Positions 1 to 13,953 of a stretch of DNA of 64,000 bases are shown in pieces. The notes under the pieces are model-generated. The model saw only the letters and a list, made by a program, of their open reading frames with translations. It had not been told where the DNA came from and made no database searches. Origin of the DNA: Polyangiaceae bacterium (GTDB lineage: Bacteria > Myxococcota_A > Polyangia > Polyangiales > Polyangiaceae); contig JBGANF010000022.1 of the NCBI GenBank assembly GCA_044222475.1, forward strand, positions 1-64,000. The letters run 5' to 3'. The translations under genes and the position numbers were made by a program. The first letter of the stretch is position 1. Each line of letters starts with the position of its first letter.

Positions 1-140
1 GCGGCGCGCAGCTCGGCGCTGTCTTCGTAGGCCTTGCCGAAGCGCGACAGCTCGTCGACCAGTGCGTCGAGGTTGCCGCCTTCGCTCCCGATCTCGAGCA
101 GGGCGCGCGCGTAGCGACGCGAGACGTGCGCCGCGATCAC
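1..140 (-). CDS. atpH: ATP synthase F1 subunit delta, 5' part (runs off the left edge)
   Basis: Hand translation from GTG at 140 gives MIAAHVSRRYARALLEIGSEGGNLD (A/S-RRYA-x-AL delta motif); GTGA overlap with the atpF stop. Confidence 0.85.
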   Translation of the reverse strand, partial: MIAAHVSRRYARALLEIGSEGGNLDALVDELSRFGKAYEDSAELRA

Positions 141-838
141 GAGGCACCTCCGGCGGTCGGCACTTGCTTCTGCAGCGAGCCGAGGAACTCCTCCGCGAGC
201 CGCTCTTGGTCGGCCTGCGAGATCCCCTTGGCGACGAGCGCCTCGGCGTCCTTGATGGCGGCCTCGACGGTCTCGCGGATCAGGTCCTTCTCGATCTGCT
301 TCACTTCCTGAGACACCAAGAAGTCGGCGTCGCGCTTCATGCGCTCGACCTTCTCGATCGCGCCCTTCGCGATCGCCGCCTTCTCGCCCTCACCGGCGGT
401 GATCAGCGCGGCCTTCGCCTGCTCGGCGTCGGCCTCGACGTCCTCGAGCTTGCCTTGGTAACGCTTGGCGCGATCCTTCGCGTCCTGCAGCATGCCCTGC
501 GCGCTCTCGATGTCCTTCGCGATGCTGACCTTGCGCTCGACGAGCGCGGTCGCGACGCCTTTGCGGAACGCGAAGTAGTAGATGCCGGCGAGTGCGGCGA
601 AGTTGAGCGCGAGCGCGGCGAACGGCGGCTGCTTCTTGTTGCCGAAGTCCGACCAGTTGATCTCGCCGGGCGGGCCTTCGTGCTCGCCTTCGTGCTCGGC
701 GTCCTTGCCTTCGTGCTTGGCGCCGTCGTGGCTGGGCGCACCCTTCTCGCCTTCGCCTTCGGCGTACGCGATCGAGACGCTCGACACGCTGACGAGGAGC
801 GCCGCGGCGAGCCCGAGGATCCTGCGCTTGCCCATCAT
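137..838 (-). CDS. atpF: ATP synthase F0 subunit b
   Basis: N-terminal signal/His-Glu-rich extension, one TM (ALALNFAALAGIYYF), long charged coiled coil; lies between b' and delta. Confidence 0.85.
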   Translation of the reverse strand: MMGKRRILGLAAALLVSVSSVSIAYAEGEGEKGAPSHDGAKHEGKDAEHEGEHEGPPGEINWSDFGNKKQPPFAALALNFAALAGIYYFAFRKGVATALVERKVSIAKDIESAQGMLQDAKDRAKRYQGKLEDVEADAEQAKAALITAGEGEKAAIAKGAIEKVERMKRDADFLVSQEVKQIEKDLIRETVEAAIKDAEALVAKGISQADQERLAEEFLGSLQKQVPTAGGAS

Positions 839-840
839 GG

Positions 841-1347
841 TCAGTTGACCTCCCGTCCGAGGACACGCGCGGCGAGCTCGCGGGCGAGCTTCTGGCGCTC
901 GGCGGAGAGCTGCTCACGCGCTTTCGCGAGCTCTTCCTGAGCTTGCTTGCGTCCCGCTTCCAGCTTGGCTTGTCCTTCGAGTCGCGCTTGACCGAGGAGC
1001 TCGCTCTCGGTCTTGAGACCTTCGGCGCGGAGCTTGTCGCGCGCGGCGGCGCCTTCGGCGCGGGCCTTCCCGACGGCGTCGTCGTACTTGGTCTTCGCCG
1101 CGACCGACTTGAGGTCGATGTTGCGGGCCTCGGTGATCGCGCCTTCGATGCGCTTCTCGCGCTCCTCGAAGAGCTTCAGCATCGGATCGAAGAGCAGCGG
1201 CTTCAGGATGAGCCACAGCGCGACGAAGAGAGCGACCTGTACGAGGAGAGTCTTGTCGAAGTCGACGGTGACGCCGCCGCCACTGCCGACGAGGGCGAGT
1301 GCGCCGTCGTCGAGAGAGGCCAAATCGGCCAGGGCTTGAAGCGACAT
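841..1347 (-). CDS. ATP synthase F0 subunit b'
   Basis: DKTLLVQVALFVALWLILKPLLFDPMLKLFEEREKRI is a b/b' signature; ends VLGREV; tandem with atpF. Confidence 0.88.
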   Translation of the reverse strand: MSLQALADLASLDDGALALVGSGGGVTVDFDKTLLVQVALFVALWLILKPLLFDPMLKLFEEREKRIEGAITEARNIDLKSVAAKTKYDDAVGKARAEGAAARDKLRAEGLKTESELLGQARLEGQAKLEAGRKQAQEELAKAREQLSAERQKLARELAARVLGREVN

Positions 1348-1538
1348 GAATCCTCTGGGAGAGACCGAAAACGTTGGAGCGGCGCGGAGTTGCCAAGACG
1401 GCCCCGATGGGGCCTGGCGCCAAAAACTGGAGCCGCGAGTAGCACCCCGCGGGCGCCATGTCTACGGGGGAGCGCTGGGATGCGCGCCCGGGCTCAGGGA
1501 TAGGGGTGGCTGGCCGCGCAGGGAAGAGTCGGCGGAGG

Positions 1539-2306
1539 TCAGCGACCGCGAATCATGCGGCGCATTTGGGTGCTGGTGCCCTTGACCCGAGAGGTCGGCA
1601 TCGACTGGATGCTCGAGGCGCTCGGCGGGTTGGGCGGCGCGATCCGGGTGACCGAGTCGATGGCGGGCGGCGGCGACGGATCGGTCGTCGGCGGAGGCGG
1701 GATCGTCGGGTGCGAGCGGCGCGGGGGGGCGGTCACCGGAGGAACCGTGCGGAAGGCGCTCGGCGTGTTGATCGACGCCATGCTCGGGGAGCGCGGTGCG
1801 GGCGGCATTTTCGGCGCGATCATCGATTGCCGCGGCGGAACCGGCGACGGCGATGCGGGGCGCACGAGCGGAATCGGCGGCGTGCTCGGGAGCGGGCGCG
1901 ACGAAGCGGGGCGGGGCGGCGCGGAAGCGCGAGGCGGCGGAACGCTCGGCCGAGCGGGCGTCTTCTCCTGCTCGGCAAGAAGCGCCGGCGGAGGGCCGGA
2001 TTTCGAGCCCTGCGACTTCTCGGGGTTCTTCTTGTCCTCGAACCGGATCACCGGCTGCGTGCGAACGAGCTGGACGCGACCCGTCTCGTCGACGCTGGCG
2101 AAGAGCATGGGGCATCCGACGCGCGGGAGGTCGACCAGACCGCCCGGAGCGCCCACGTCGAGGGTGGCGACGTACTGCGCGCCGACGATCTTCTCGGGGA
2201 CGGTCGCGTGGGTCTTCCCGGGCGGCGCCACCGCCCACCGGCACACGCCACGCTCGTCGAGCATGAACGTTCCAGTTTCGGTGTACGCCGCGTACACGAT
2301 CTCCAT
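1539..2306 (-). CDS. Hypothetical protein: small N-terminal globular domain plus Pro/Ser-rich tail
   Basis: ORF track 1539..2438; likely start at MEIVYAAY (ATG 2306). Confidence 0.55.
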   Translation of the reverse strand: MEIVYAAYTETGTFMLDERGVCRWAVAPPGKTHATVPEKIVGAQYVATLDVGAPGGLVDLPRVGCPMLFASVDETGRVQLVRTQPVIRFEDKKNPEKSQGSKSGPPPALLAEQEKTPARPSVPPPRASAPPRPASSRPLPSTPPIPLVRPASPSPVPPRQSMIAPKMPPAPRSPSMASINTPSAFRTVPPVTAPPRRSHPTIPPPPTTDPSPPPAIDSVTRIAPPNPPSASSIQSMPTSRVKGTSTQMRRMIRGR

Positions 2307-2361
2307 GGATCCTCTGTACGCAAGGATCGGGCCGGCTCTTCCTGGCCGAAACGCGAGAAAT

Positions 2362-2667
2362 CTAGCGGGTTTTTCCCTTGTTTCGCTTCGGTGGGGTGGG
2401 GTTCGATGGACCCTTTCCATGGACCTTGGTCGATCCACCGTCCCCCTTGCTCACGTTGCGGTAGGGCGCCTGGGGAGCGCTCTTGCTGAGCCGTAGCTCG
2501 GCGCCTTCGGGGCCCATGGCGGGGTGCGCCGACGCGTAGCCCTCGGCCTTGGCGAAGCCGGCGAGGTCGCCCTTGTGGGCGTCCATGTGATCGCTGAATC
2601 GCTTCCAAATCGCGCGCGCCTCCTCCTCGGGGAGCGCGACACCATCGACGACGACGCGGAGAGCCAT
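2362..2667 (-). CDS. Small hypothetical protein
   Basis: 101-aa ORF starting 4 bp after the bcp stop, with protein-like composition. Confidence 0.55.
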   Translation of the reverse strand: MALRVVVDGVALPEEEARAIWKRFSDHMDAHKGDLAGFAKAEGYASAHPAMGPEGAELRLSKSAPQAPYRNVSKGDGGSTKVHGKGPSNPTPPKRNKGKTR

Positions 2668-2671
2668 GGGG

Positions 2672-3283
2672 TCACACGCCGAGGTCGGCGCTGATCTCCG
2701 CGGCGTGCTTCGTCACGTCGACGGTTCGGTAGATCTTCTTCACGTTGCCGTCGGCGCCGATCACGATCGTCTGCCGCGCCATGAAGGTCCCGTTCATCGG
2801 GACGCCGAACAGCTTGGCGAGCTTGCCGTCCGGATCGCTGACCAGGTGAAACGGGAGCTTGTGGTGCGCGACGAACCCGTTGTGCGACGCGTCCGAGTCG
2901 GTCGAGACCCCGACCATCACGACTCCGCTCTTCGCTAGCTTGTCCCACGCGTCGCGGAAGGAGCACGCCTCGGTGGTGCAGCCCGGCGTCTCGTCCTTGG
3001 GGTAGAAATAGAGCACGATCGGCTTGCCCTTCATCGCGGCCGAGTCGATCTTGGCGCCGTCCGATGCGGTGACCGAGAAGGCCGGCGTCGGCTTGCCCTC
3101 CGTGACTGGACCGGCGACGTCAGCGCTCGCGGCGGGGGCGGGCGCAGATGCCGATGCGGCCGCGGTAGCGGTCGTGGTCGTGGTCGTGGTCGTGGTGCTG
3201 GAGGTGGTGGGCTCCTTCGCGCAAGCGGTCACGAAGACGGCCGCGACGAGGCTCACGAGGCTTACGAGACGGAGCATTCGCAT
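2672..3283 (-). CDS. bcp: Peroxiredoxin (BCP/PrxQ type) with lipoprotein signal and Thr/Ala linker
   Basis: YFYPKDETPGCTTEACSFRD motif; lipobox VTAC; poly-Thr linker. Confidence 0.85.
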   Translation of the reverse strand: MRMLRLVSLVSLVAAVFVTACAKEPTTSSTTTTTTTTTATAAASASAPAPAASADVAGPVTEGKPTPAFSVTASDGAKIDSAAMKGKPIVLYFYPKDETPGCTTEACSFRDAWDKLAKSGVVMVGVSTDSDASHNGFVAHHKLPFHLVSDPDGKLAKLFGVPMNGTFMARQTIVIGADGNVKKIYRTVDVTKHAAEISADLGV

Positions 3284-3352
3284 GGCCGTACGATGCCACA
3301 GCCCGCGGAAGCGTTCCCAACCGATCGTGGTAACGTGCCGGCCCTTCATCCC

Positions 3353-5665
3353 ATGGCTGGTCTGACCAAGAACGTGCTCGGTCGCCTGGCGCGAGACCGG
3401 AATCTGCCCCTGGGCGAGCTCGTGCGGAAAGCGGTTCGCTTCGGGACCGCGTCCGTCACCGCGCCGTACTACCTGCGCGACTGCGATCGCGTCGGGGCGC
3501 GCGCGCGCACGCCCTACGGCGCTCCGGTCGTCGAGAATCGCGGCCGCATCGACATCGGCGACGACGCGCAGATCATCTCGCGCTTCGCGCCGGTCGTCCT
3601 CGCGACCGGGCCGCGCGCGTCGCTGACCATCGGCGACGGCGTCATCATCAACTTCGGCTGCGAGCTCTCCGCCGAGCGCGCGGTGACGCTCGGCGACCGC
3701 GTCAGCCTCGGGCCCTACGTTCGCATCGCCGATCACGACGACGCGGCCGATGCCCACCCGGGCGAGCCTGCCGAGGTCGAGATCGGCGACGACGTGTGGC
3801 TCGCCGCGCGCGTGCGCGTCCTCAAGGGATCGCGCATCGGCGCGGGCACGGTCGTGACCGCGGGGAGCGTCGTCTCGGGCGAGCTCCCGGCGGGCGTCGT
3901 CGCCGGCGGCTCACCTGCGCGCGTGCTTCGCCGTCGCAACCCGACGGATGTACCAAAAAGGGACGATGCCGCCGCCGAGACCGTCGCCGCGCCCGAGGTC
4001 GACGCGCGCGGTGTGCTCGTCGCCGACTTCAGCGTCCAGGAGCTCGCCGCCGACCTCGCCCGGGCCGACGGGGTCGGGCTATCGGTCGCCGCGACGACCG
4101 CTCCCTTCGATCAGGTGGTCCAGACGCTCCACGATCTCCGCGCTCACGCCGAGGGCGCCGACTTCGCGGTCGTGTGGACGCGACCCGAGGCCATCGCCGG
4201 CTGGGCGCGCCTCGCGCGCGGCGAGCGCGTGCCCGACGCCGACGTCCTCGCCGAGGTCGACGCGTTCGCCGATCTGGTGCTGCGCGCCGCGGAGTCCCAG
4301 GCCGTGCGTTGGATCTTCGTCCCGACGTGGACCCGCGCTCCGTACGACCGCGGCCGCGGCATGCTCGATCTCGCGGCTGGAAACCCCGGTCAGATGCTGC
4401 TGCGGATGAACCTTCGCCTCGCCGAGCGCTTCGAAGGCAAGAACGTGCACCTCCTCGATGCGCAGCGCTGGATCGACGCCGCCGGCAAGAACGCGTTCCG
4501 CGCGAAGCTCTGGTACATGGGCAAGGTCGGGTTCTCGCGCGCCGTCTTCGCCGAAGCCGCGCTCGACATCCGCGCCGCGCTTCGCGGTCTGCGAGGGCAG
4601 GCGAAGAAGCTCCTCGTCCTCGACCTCGACGACACGCTCTGGGGCGGCATCGTCGGGGACGTCGGTTGGCAGAACCTCCGGCTCGGCGGGCACGATCCGC
4701 TCGGCGAGGCCTTCGTCGATTTCCAGCGACGCGTGTCCGATCTCACGCGCCGCGGCGTCGCGCTCGCGATCGTGAGCAAGAACGAAGAGTCGGTCGCGCT
4801 CGAGGCGATCGCGAGCCACCCGGAGATGGTGCTCCGCATCGATCAGATCTCGGCGTACCGGATCAACTGGCGCGACAAGGCGCAGAACATCGTCGAGATC
4901 GCGAAGGAGCTCAACCTCGGGCTCCAGTCGGTCGTCTTCATCGACGACAACCCGGTCGAGCGGGCGCGCGTGCGCGAAGCTCTGCCGGAGGTCTACGTCC
5001 CGGAGTGGCCCGAGGACAAGCTGGAGTACGTGCCGACGTTTCTGTCGCTCCGCTGCTTCGACGTCCCGCGCATCTCGCAAGAGGACGTCGAGCGAACGCG
5101 CATGTACGCCGAAGAGCGGAAGCGCGAAGGCCTGAAGACGAGCTTCGCGTCGCTCGACGACTGGCTCCTCGGACTCGGCATGAAGGTCCGCTTCGCGCGT
5201 CTCGACGCGTCGAACCTCGGCCGCGCGACGCAGCTCCTCAACAAGACCAACCAGATGAACATCCGCACGCGGCGTCTGTCCGAGGCCGAGCTCTCCGCGT
5301 GGGCGGAGCAGCCGGGCCACGAGCTGTGGACGGTGTCGGTGTCCGACCGGTTCGGGGACTCCGGGCTCACCGGCTTGCTCGGCTTGTCCGAAGCCGGAGA
5401 TGCGCTCGAGATCGTCGACTACGTCCTCTCCTGCCGCGTCATGGGGCGTCGCGTCGAGGAGACGCTGTTGTGGCTCGCGTGCGAACGCGCGCGCGATCGC
5501 GCGAAGGCCCGCGTCGTCGCGCCCTTCTTCCCGACCGCGAAGAACAAGCCGGCGCGCACCTTCTTCGAGGGCTCGGGCTTCGTCTTCGACGAGAAGGCGT
5601 CGGGCTTCGTCCACGACGCCCGGTACCCGAAGCCGGCCGCCATTCAGGTCGAGGGCGATCGGTGA
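3353..5665 (+). CDS. Hexapeptide-repeat (LbH) acyltransferase fused to an FkbH-like HAD-IIIC phosphatase/glyceryl transferase
   Basis: N-terminal IGDDVWLAARVRVLKGSRIGAGTVVTAGSVV...GSPARV; C-terminal VLDLDDTLWGG, SKN, FIDDNPVER, LSCRVMGRRVE FkbH motifs. Confidence 0.9.
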   Translation: MAGLTKNVLGRLARDRNLPLGELVRKAVRFGTASVTAPYYLRDCDRVGARARTPYGAPVVENRGRIDIGDDAQIISRFAPVVLATGPRASLTIGDGVIINFGCELSAERAVTLGDRVSLGPYVRIADHDDAADAHPGEPAEVEIGDDVWLAARVRVLKGSRIGAGTVVTAGSVVSGELPAGVVAGGSPARVLRRRNPTDVPKRDDAAAETVAAPEVDARGVLVADFSVQELAADLARADGVGLSVAATTAPFDQVVQTLHDLRAHAEGADFAVVWTRPEAIAGWARLARGERVPDADVLAEVDAFADLVLRAAESQAVRWIFVPTWTRAPYDRGRGMLDLAAGNPGQMLLRMNLRLAERFEGKNVHLLDAQRWIDAAGKNAFRAKLWYMGKVGFSRAVFAEAALDIRAALRGLRGQAKKLLVLDLDDTLWGGIVGDVGWQNLRLGGHDPLGEAFVDFQRRVSDLTRRGVALAIVSKNEESVALEAIASHPEMVLRIDQISAYRINWRDKAQNIVEIAKELNLGLQSVVFIDDNPVERARVREALPEVYVPEWPEDKLEYVPTFLSLRCFDVPRISQEDVERTRMYAEERKREGLKTSFASLDDWLLGLGMKVRFARLDASNLGRATQLLNKTNQMNIRTRRLSEAELSAWAEQPGHELWTVSVSDRFGDSGLTGLLGLSEAGDALEIVDYVLSCRVMGRRVEETLLWLACERARDRAKARVVAPFFPTAKNKPARTFFEGSGFVFDEKASGFVHDARYPKPAAIQVEGDR

Positions 5666-6450
5666 GCGCGCACGGCATCGTTCGCAAGGTCAGCCTCGTC
5701 GCGCGCTCGCTGCGCGCGAAGTGGCCGCTCCGCGCCGCTCAGAGCGTGGGCAGCGGAGCGCGCGTGTTCGGTGTGCCGTGGGTCGAGAACCGCGGCACGA
5801 TCGAGATCGGCGACGACTTCACCTTCTCGTCCGACCCGGTGACGTCTCACCTCGTCGTCGGACGCGGCGCAGTGGTCACCATCGGCAATCGCGTGAGCAT
5901 CGGCCACGGTGCCGCCATCGCCGCGGACGACCGCATCGAGATCGAGGACGACGTCACGATCGCGCCGATGGTCATGATCATGGACACCGACTTCCACGAC
6001 GTCACGTCCATGGACGTCGCGTCGCGCACGCTCCCGGTGCGGATCGAGGCCGGTGCCCGCATCGGGCAGGGGGCCGTCCTGCTCAAGGGGAGCCACCTCG
6101 GCAAAGACGCGGTCGTCGCCCCGGGCGCCGTCGTGTCGGGGACGGTCCCGGCCGGTCTGCACGTCGGCGGCGTGCCCGCGCGCGAGATCCGGACGCGCGC
6201 CGGCGCGAAGGGGGGGGCTCCGCTCGACCGCGTCGAGGCGGCCGACCGCGTGACGCGGATCATCGCCGAGACGTTCCAGGTGCCGCGCGCGGTGACGCTC
6301 GAGGATGGGCCCGCGACGCTCCCGGGGTGGGATTCGCTCGGTGTTCTTCGCCTCCTCGTCACCCTCGAAGACGAGCTCGGGGTCACCGTCGACGCCGAGC
6401 GGCTCGCCGGGGCGCGCACCGTGAGCGACGTCGTGGCGATCCTTCTCTGA
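5662..6450 (+). CDS. LbH acyltransferase fused to a C-terminal acyl carrier protein
   Basis: GTG start overlapping the upstream TGA; hexapeptide repeats (DTDFHD...GGVPAR); ACP motif WDSLGVLRLLVTLEDELGV. Confidence 0.85.
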   Translation: MSAHGIVRKVSLVARSLRAKWPLRAAQSVGSGARVFGVPWVENRGTIEIGDDFTFSSDPVTSHLVVGRGAVVTIGNRVSIGHGAAIAADDRIEIEDDVTIAPMVMIMDTDFHDVTSMDVASRTLPVRIEAGARIGQGAVLLKGSHLGKDAVVAPGAVVSGTVPAGLHVGGVPAREIRTRAGAKGGAPLDRVEAADRVTRIIAETFQVPRAVTLEDGPATLPGWDSLGVLRLLVTLEDELGVTVDAERLAGARTVSDVVAILL

Positions 6451-6790
6451 CCGCGGGGAGAAGTCGCGCCTCGCCGCCGTAGGCTGCGGAGGTGTCGTCC
6501 GCACCTTTTCCCGTTCAAGCTCCTCGCGTGCGTGAAGGGTGCGGGCGCCGCCGCTGACGCTGAAGATAACCGAAACGATCCCGTCTTGGCACTTGGGTGC
6601 CTTCGAGCAGCGGCAGCGTGACGAACGCGGCGGGGCCGCTGCGCTGTTGCTCGAAGCGCGCGACGGACGCGTTTCCGCGACTCGTTCGCCTTCTGGGTGC
6701 CAGGCGCCGGGCTCGCCGGTCGGTCCCCCTGCCGGGACTCGGGCGACGCACCGTCTGCAGCTCGCGGGGTCAATCCAAATGGGTACGTTG

Positions 6791-7399
6791 CTACTTGCAG
6801 TAGAAGTAGCTCGGCGGGAACTTCGTCGTGGTCGTCACCGGGGAGCAGGTCTTGGGCCCGCCGTCGGCTGCCGCGTCCGCGCAGGTCGTGGTGTCGTTCG
6901 CGCCGCTGCACAAGACGTACGCGGTGATGAGCCCCGAGCCGGTGCACGTGGTCGTGCAGCGGCCGAAGAACCCGAACGAAGCGTCGCCGAGCGAGAGCTG
7001 CGAGTCGGTCGCGCAGCAGATCGAGCCGCTCTTGCAGTCCGCGGACCTCGCGCAGTTGAACTGGCTCGCCGCGCCCTTGTTGCAGAAGGCGCTCCCGTCG
7101 CCGATGGGCTGACACACGCCCTGGTTGAGCCCGCCGTAACAGCAGGCCTGCTGCCCGAGGTCGCAGCTCTGCGGGTCGCACGCGAACTTCGCGGGACCGG
7201 TGTCGACCGCGGCATCGGCGATCGCGTCGCTGCCGGCGTCGACGACGTCCGGTCCGGAGTCGACGATCACGGCGACGTCCTTGCCGGCGTCGACCGGAGT
7301 CGACGCGTCCGGCGTCGGGGTGCTCGTGTCTCCCGTGCATGCGACCCACACGAGCGGGGCCAGCCCCACGACCGCATAGCCGATCCGAAAAGCGCGCAT
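6791..7399 (-). CDS. Cys-rich lipoprotein
   Basis: Lipobox WVAC, DAG/DSG-rich linker, C-terminal Cys-rich domain. Confidence 0.75.
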   Translation of the reverse strand: MRAFRIGYAVVGLAPLVWVACTGDTSTPTPDASTPVDAGKDVAVIVDSGPDVVDAGSDAIADAAVDTGPAKFACDPQSCDLGQQACCYGGLNQGVCQPIGDGSAFCNKGAASQFNCARSADCKSGSICCATDSQLSLGDASFGFFGRCTTTCTGSGLITAYVLCSGANDTTTCADAAADGGPKTCSPVTTTTKFPPSYFYCK

Positions 7400-7430
7400 G
7401 ACGACCTCCCGTCGTCAGTTTACTCGATTG

Positions 7431-11767
<4,337 letters not shown>

Positions 11768-11771
<4 letters not shown>

Positions 11772-12823
11772 CGCTCGCCCATGCCCGAGTTCAAGAGCGC
11801 CGTCGCGGCCGAGGATGACTTCTTGAACTCGAGCCCGAAGTCGAGCCCGAAGCTGAACATGAAGCCCGTGAGCGTGAACGCGGTCGAGAACCGGAACTGC
11901 AGGTTCTTGATCGGCTTCACGCGGAACCCGAGCTGCGGGATCGCGAGGTGCGCGAACACGTTCGGGATGCTGCCGCCGCCGGCCCACGTCGGCTCGGAGT
12001 AGCCGCGGGGATCACCGGGGTTCGTCGCCGCGACCTTGTTGGTCTCGGAGTTGCGGTGGTCGGCGGCGTTGCAGCCGGTGCCGACTGCGCCGACGGCCTC
12101 GCAGCGGCGGAAGCGCGCGCCGCCCGACGAGGTGAGCGGACCGTTCGGATCCTTCTGGACCCAGTTGTTGTAGAGGTCGCCGAAGATCGCACCGGCGCCG
12201 ACGCCGAAGCCGTACTCGATCGCGAACACGTCCTTCGCGACCGACGTGGACCAGAGGAGATCGACGGTGACGAAGAGCCCCTTCAACGTCGACTGGACCG
12301 TGGTCCAGTTGCCGGCGAGGTTCGGGTCTTTGCCCTTCTCGAGGAAGAGGACCGGGTCGAAGCCGTACTCGACGAAGCGAACGGCGGGGATGATCGAGAA
12401 GTTGTCCTTGCGAACTTCGAAGTGCAGCCCCGCGCTGTTCGACGTGAACGTGCCACCTTCGTCGACGAAGAGGTGCACCATGAACGCCGGGATGATCGTC
12501 ACGCGGTAGTCGGCGCCGACGAAGAAGTAGCTCTGCCCCTTCTTCTCGCGGACGTCGGTGATCTTCCACTCGTCCTCGGGCGGCGTGCCGGTCGTGGCGC
12601 CGGTGCCAGTGGCGCCGGTGGTGCCGGCGGCCGCGCCATCGGCGGGCTTGGCGTCGGCAGGCTTCGAGTCGCCACCGCCGGGCGGCGGCGGGTACGACTC
12701 GGGCGCACCGGTTCCGGTGGCAGCCGGCTTCGCATCCTGTGCGAGCGCGGCGGACGGGACGAGCAGCGCGACGCCGAGCGGTGCGAGCAAGGCGATCGAG
12801 CCGAGAAGAGAAGACCTACGCAT
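11768..12823 (-). CDS. Secreted, probably outer-membrane beta-rich hypothetical protein
   Basis: Signal peptide ending ALA-Q, Pro/Gly linker, amphipathic beta strands. Confidence 0.65.
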
Positions 12824-12874
12824 GATGGATGCCCTCCAGCGCCGCTACCCCAAAGAGCGGAGCACTGCGGGGCA

Positions 12875-12883
12875 TGGTACAAT
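12875..12883 (+). promoter_or_regulatory. Candidate extended -10 sigma70-type promoter (TGgTACAAT)
   Basis: TG-n-TACAAT about 30 bp upstream of the hydrolase start, in an AT-richer intergenic region. Confidence 0.35.
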
Positions 12884-12913
12884 ACTCTTCGCGCGCATTG
12901 CCGCGTTTTCGTT

Positions 12914-13951
12914 TTGATTCTTCACGGCAGAATCGTCGACCAAGCCATCGATCGCCCCGCGGGCCTTCGCGCCAGCTTCATCAAAGAAGTGGTGGTCACC
13001 CGCGGCGTCGCACCATTGGCCATGGTGCGCAAACGGTGCGCGAAGAACGGGGGCGGAACCCTCGGCACGGTGTTGCTCGTCCATGGGTTCGGGCAAAACC
13101 GGTACGCGTGGCACCTTCCGTCCCGGTCCTTCGCGAACCACCTCGCGGTCCTCGGGTACGACGTCTTCAACCTGGACCTGCGGGGGCACGGCCGGTCGCG
13201 CCATTTCGGCAGCAAACGGCCCCGTAGCGTCGCCGAGTACGTCGACGAGGATCTCCCGTCGGCGGTGGAGGAGATCCTCGCCGTCGCGGGCGACAAGCCG
13301 CTCTACCTCGTCGGCCACTCGCTCGGCGGGCTCGTGAGCTACGCCGCCGCGCCCGGCCTCACCGGTGCAGTCTCCGGCATCGCGTCGATCGGGAGCCCGT
13401 ACCACTTCACGCGCGGGTCGTTCTCGCTCGGCGCGGTCGCGGCGTTCGTGCGCGTCGTGAGCGCGCTCGATGTCCGGCCAAACCCGGCGCTCCTCCTCAA
13501 GCCGGTCGGCTTCGGCATGGCGATGATGCGCCGCTTCGCCGAGAGCCCGCTCTACCCGATCCCGTGGCGCGGGTGGCACAAGGGCGGCGTCGAGCCCGAC
13601 ATCCTCGACGAGCACCTCCGCCTCGCGTTCGATCGCGCCGGTCTCGCCGAGGTGATCGACATGTTCGAGTGGGCCAACGAGCGCCAGTTCGGCGGGAGCG
13701 ACTCGGACTACGCGCCGCGCTTCGAGGCGCTCGACCTCCCGCTGCTCGTGGTCGCCGGCGTCCACGACGACCTCGCCCCGCCGGCGTCCGTTCGCCCCGG
13801 GTTCACCGCGAGCCGCTCGCGCGACAAGACGTACCGCGCGGTCAAGGCGGGGCACATCGATCTGCTCATCGGCCGCGACGCACCGAAGACGACGTGGCCC
13901 ATCGTCGGCGACTGGCTCGGCGAACGCATCGCTCGTACCAAAGTGGGATGA
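12914..13951 (+). CDS. Alpha/beta-fold hydrolase (lipase/PHA-synthase-like)
   Basis: LLVHGFGQN, DLRGHG, GHSLGG nucleophile elbow, Asp in HDDLAP, GHIDLL; TTG start inferred. Confidence 0.8.
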   Translation: MILHGRIVDQAIDRPAGLRASFIKEVVVTRGVAPLAMVRKRCAKNGGGTLGTVLLVHGFGQNRYAWHLPSRSFANHLAVLGYDVFNLDLRGHGRSRHFGSKRPRSVAEYVDEDLPSAVEEILAVAGDKPLYLVGHSLGGLVSYAAAPGLTGAVSGIASIGSPYHFTRGSFSLGAVAAFVRVVSALDVRPNPALLLKPVGFGMAMMRRFAESPLYPIPWRGWHKGGVEPDILDEHLRLAFDRAGLAEVIDMFEWANERQFGGSDSDYAPRFEALDLPLLVVAGVHDDLAPPASVRPGFTASRSRDKTYRAVKAGHIDLLIGRDAPKTTWPIVGDWLGERIARTKVG

Positions 13952-13953
13952 AG

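Noticed and set aside
1..1347. atp operon beginning at b'/b without atpB/atpE
   Set aside because: A split atp operon with two b-type subunits is the known arrangement in myxobacteria and related deltaproteobacteria.
6560..6590. Hammerhead-ribozyme-like string CTGAAGA...GAAAC...GTC
   Set aside because: Stem II (TAACC) cannot pair and stem I does not form next to the core, so it is most likely chance.
6587..6601. Sigma54 promoter-like TGGCAC...TGC
   Set aside because: Spacing is GG-N9-GC rather than N10, and no gene starts downstream on that strand.
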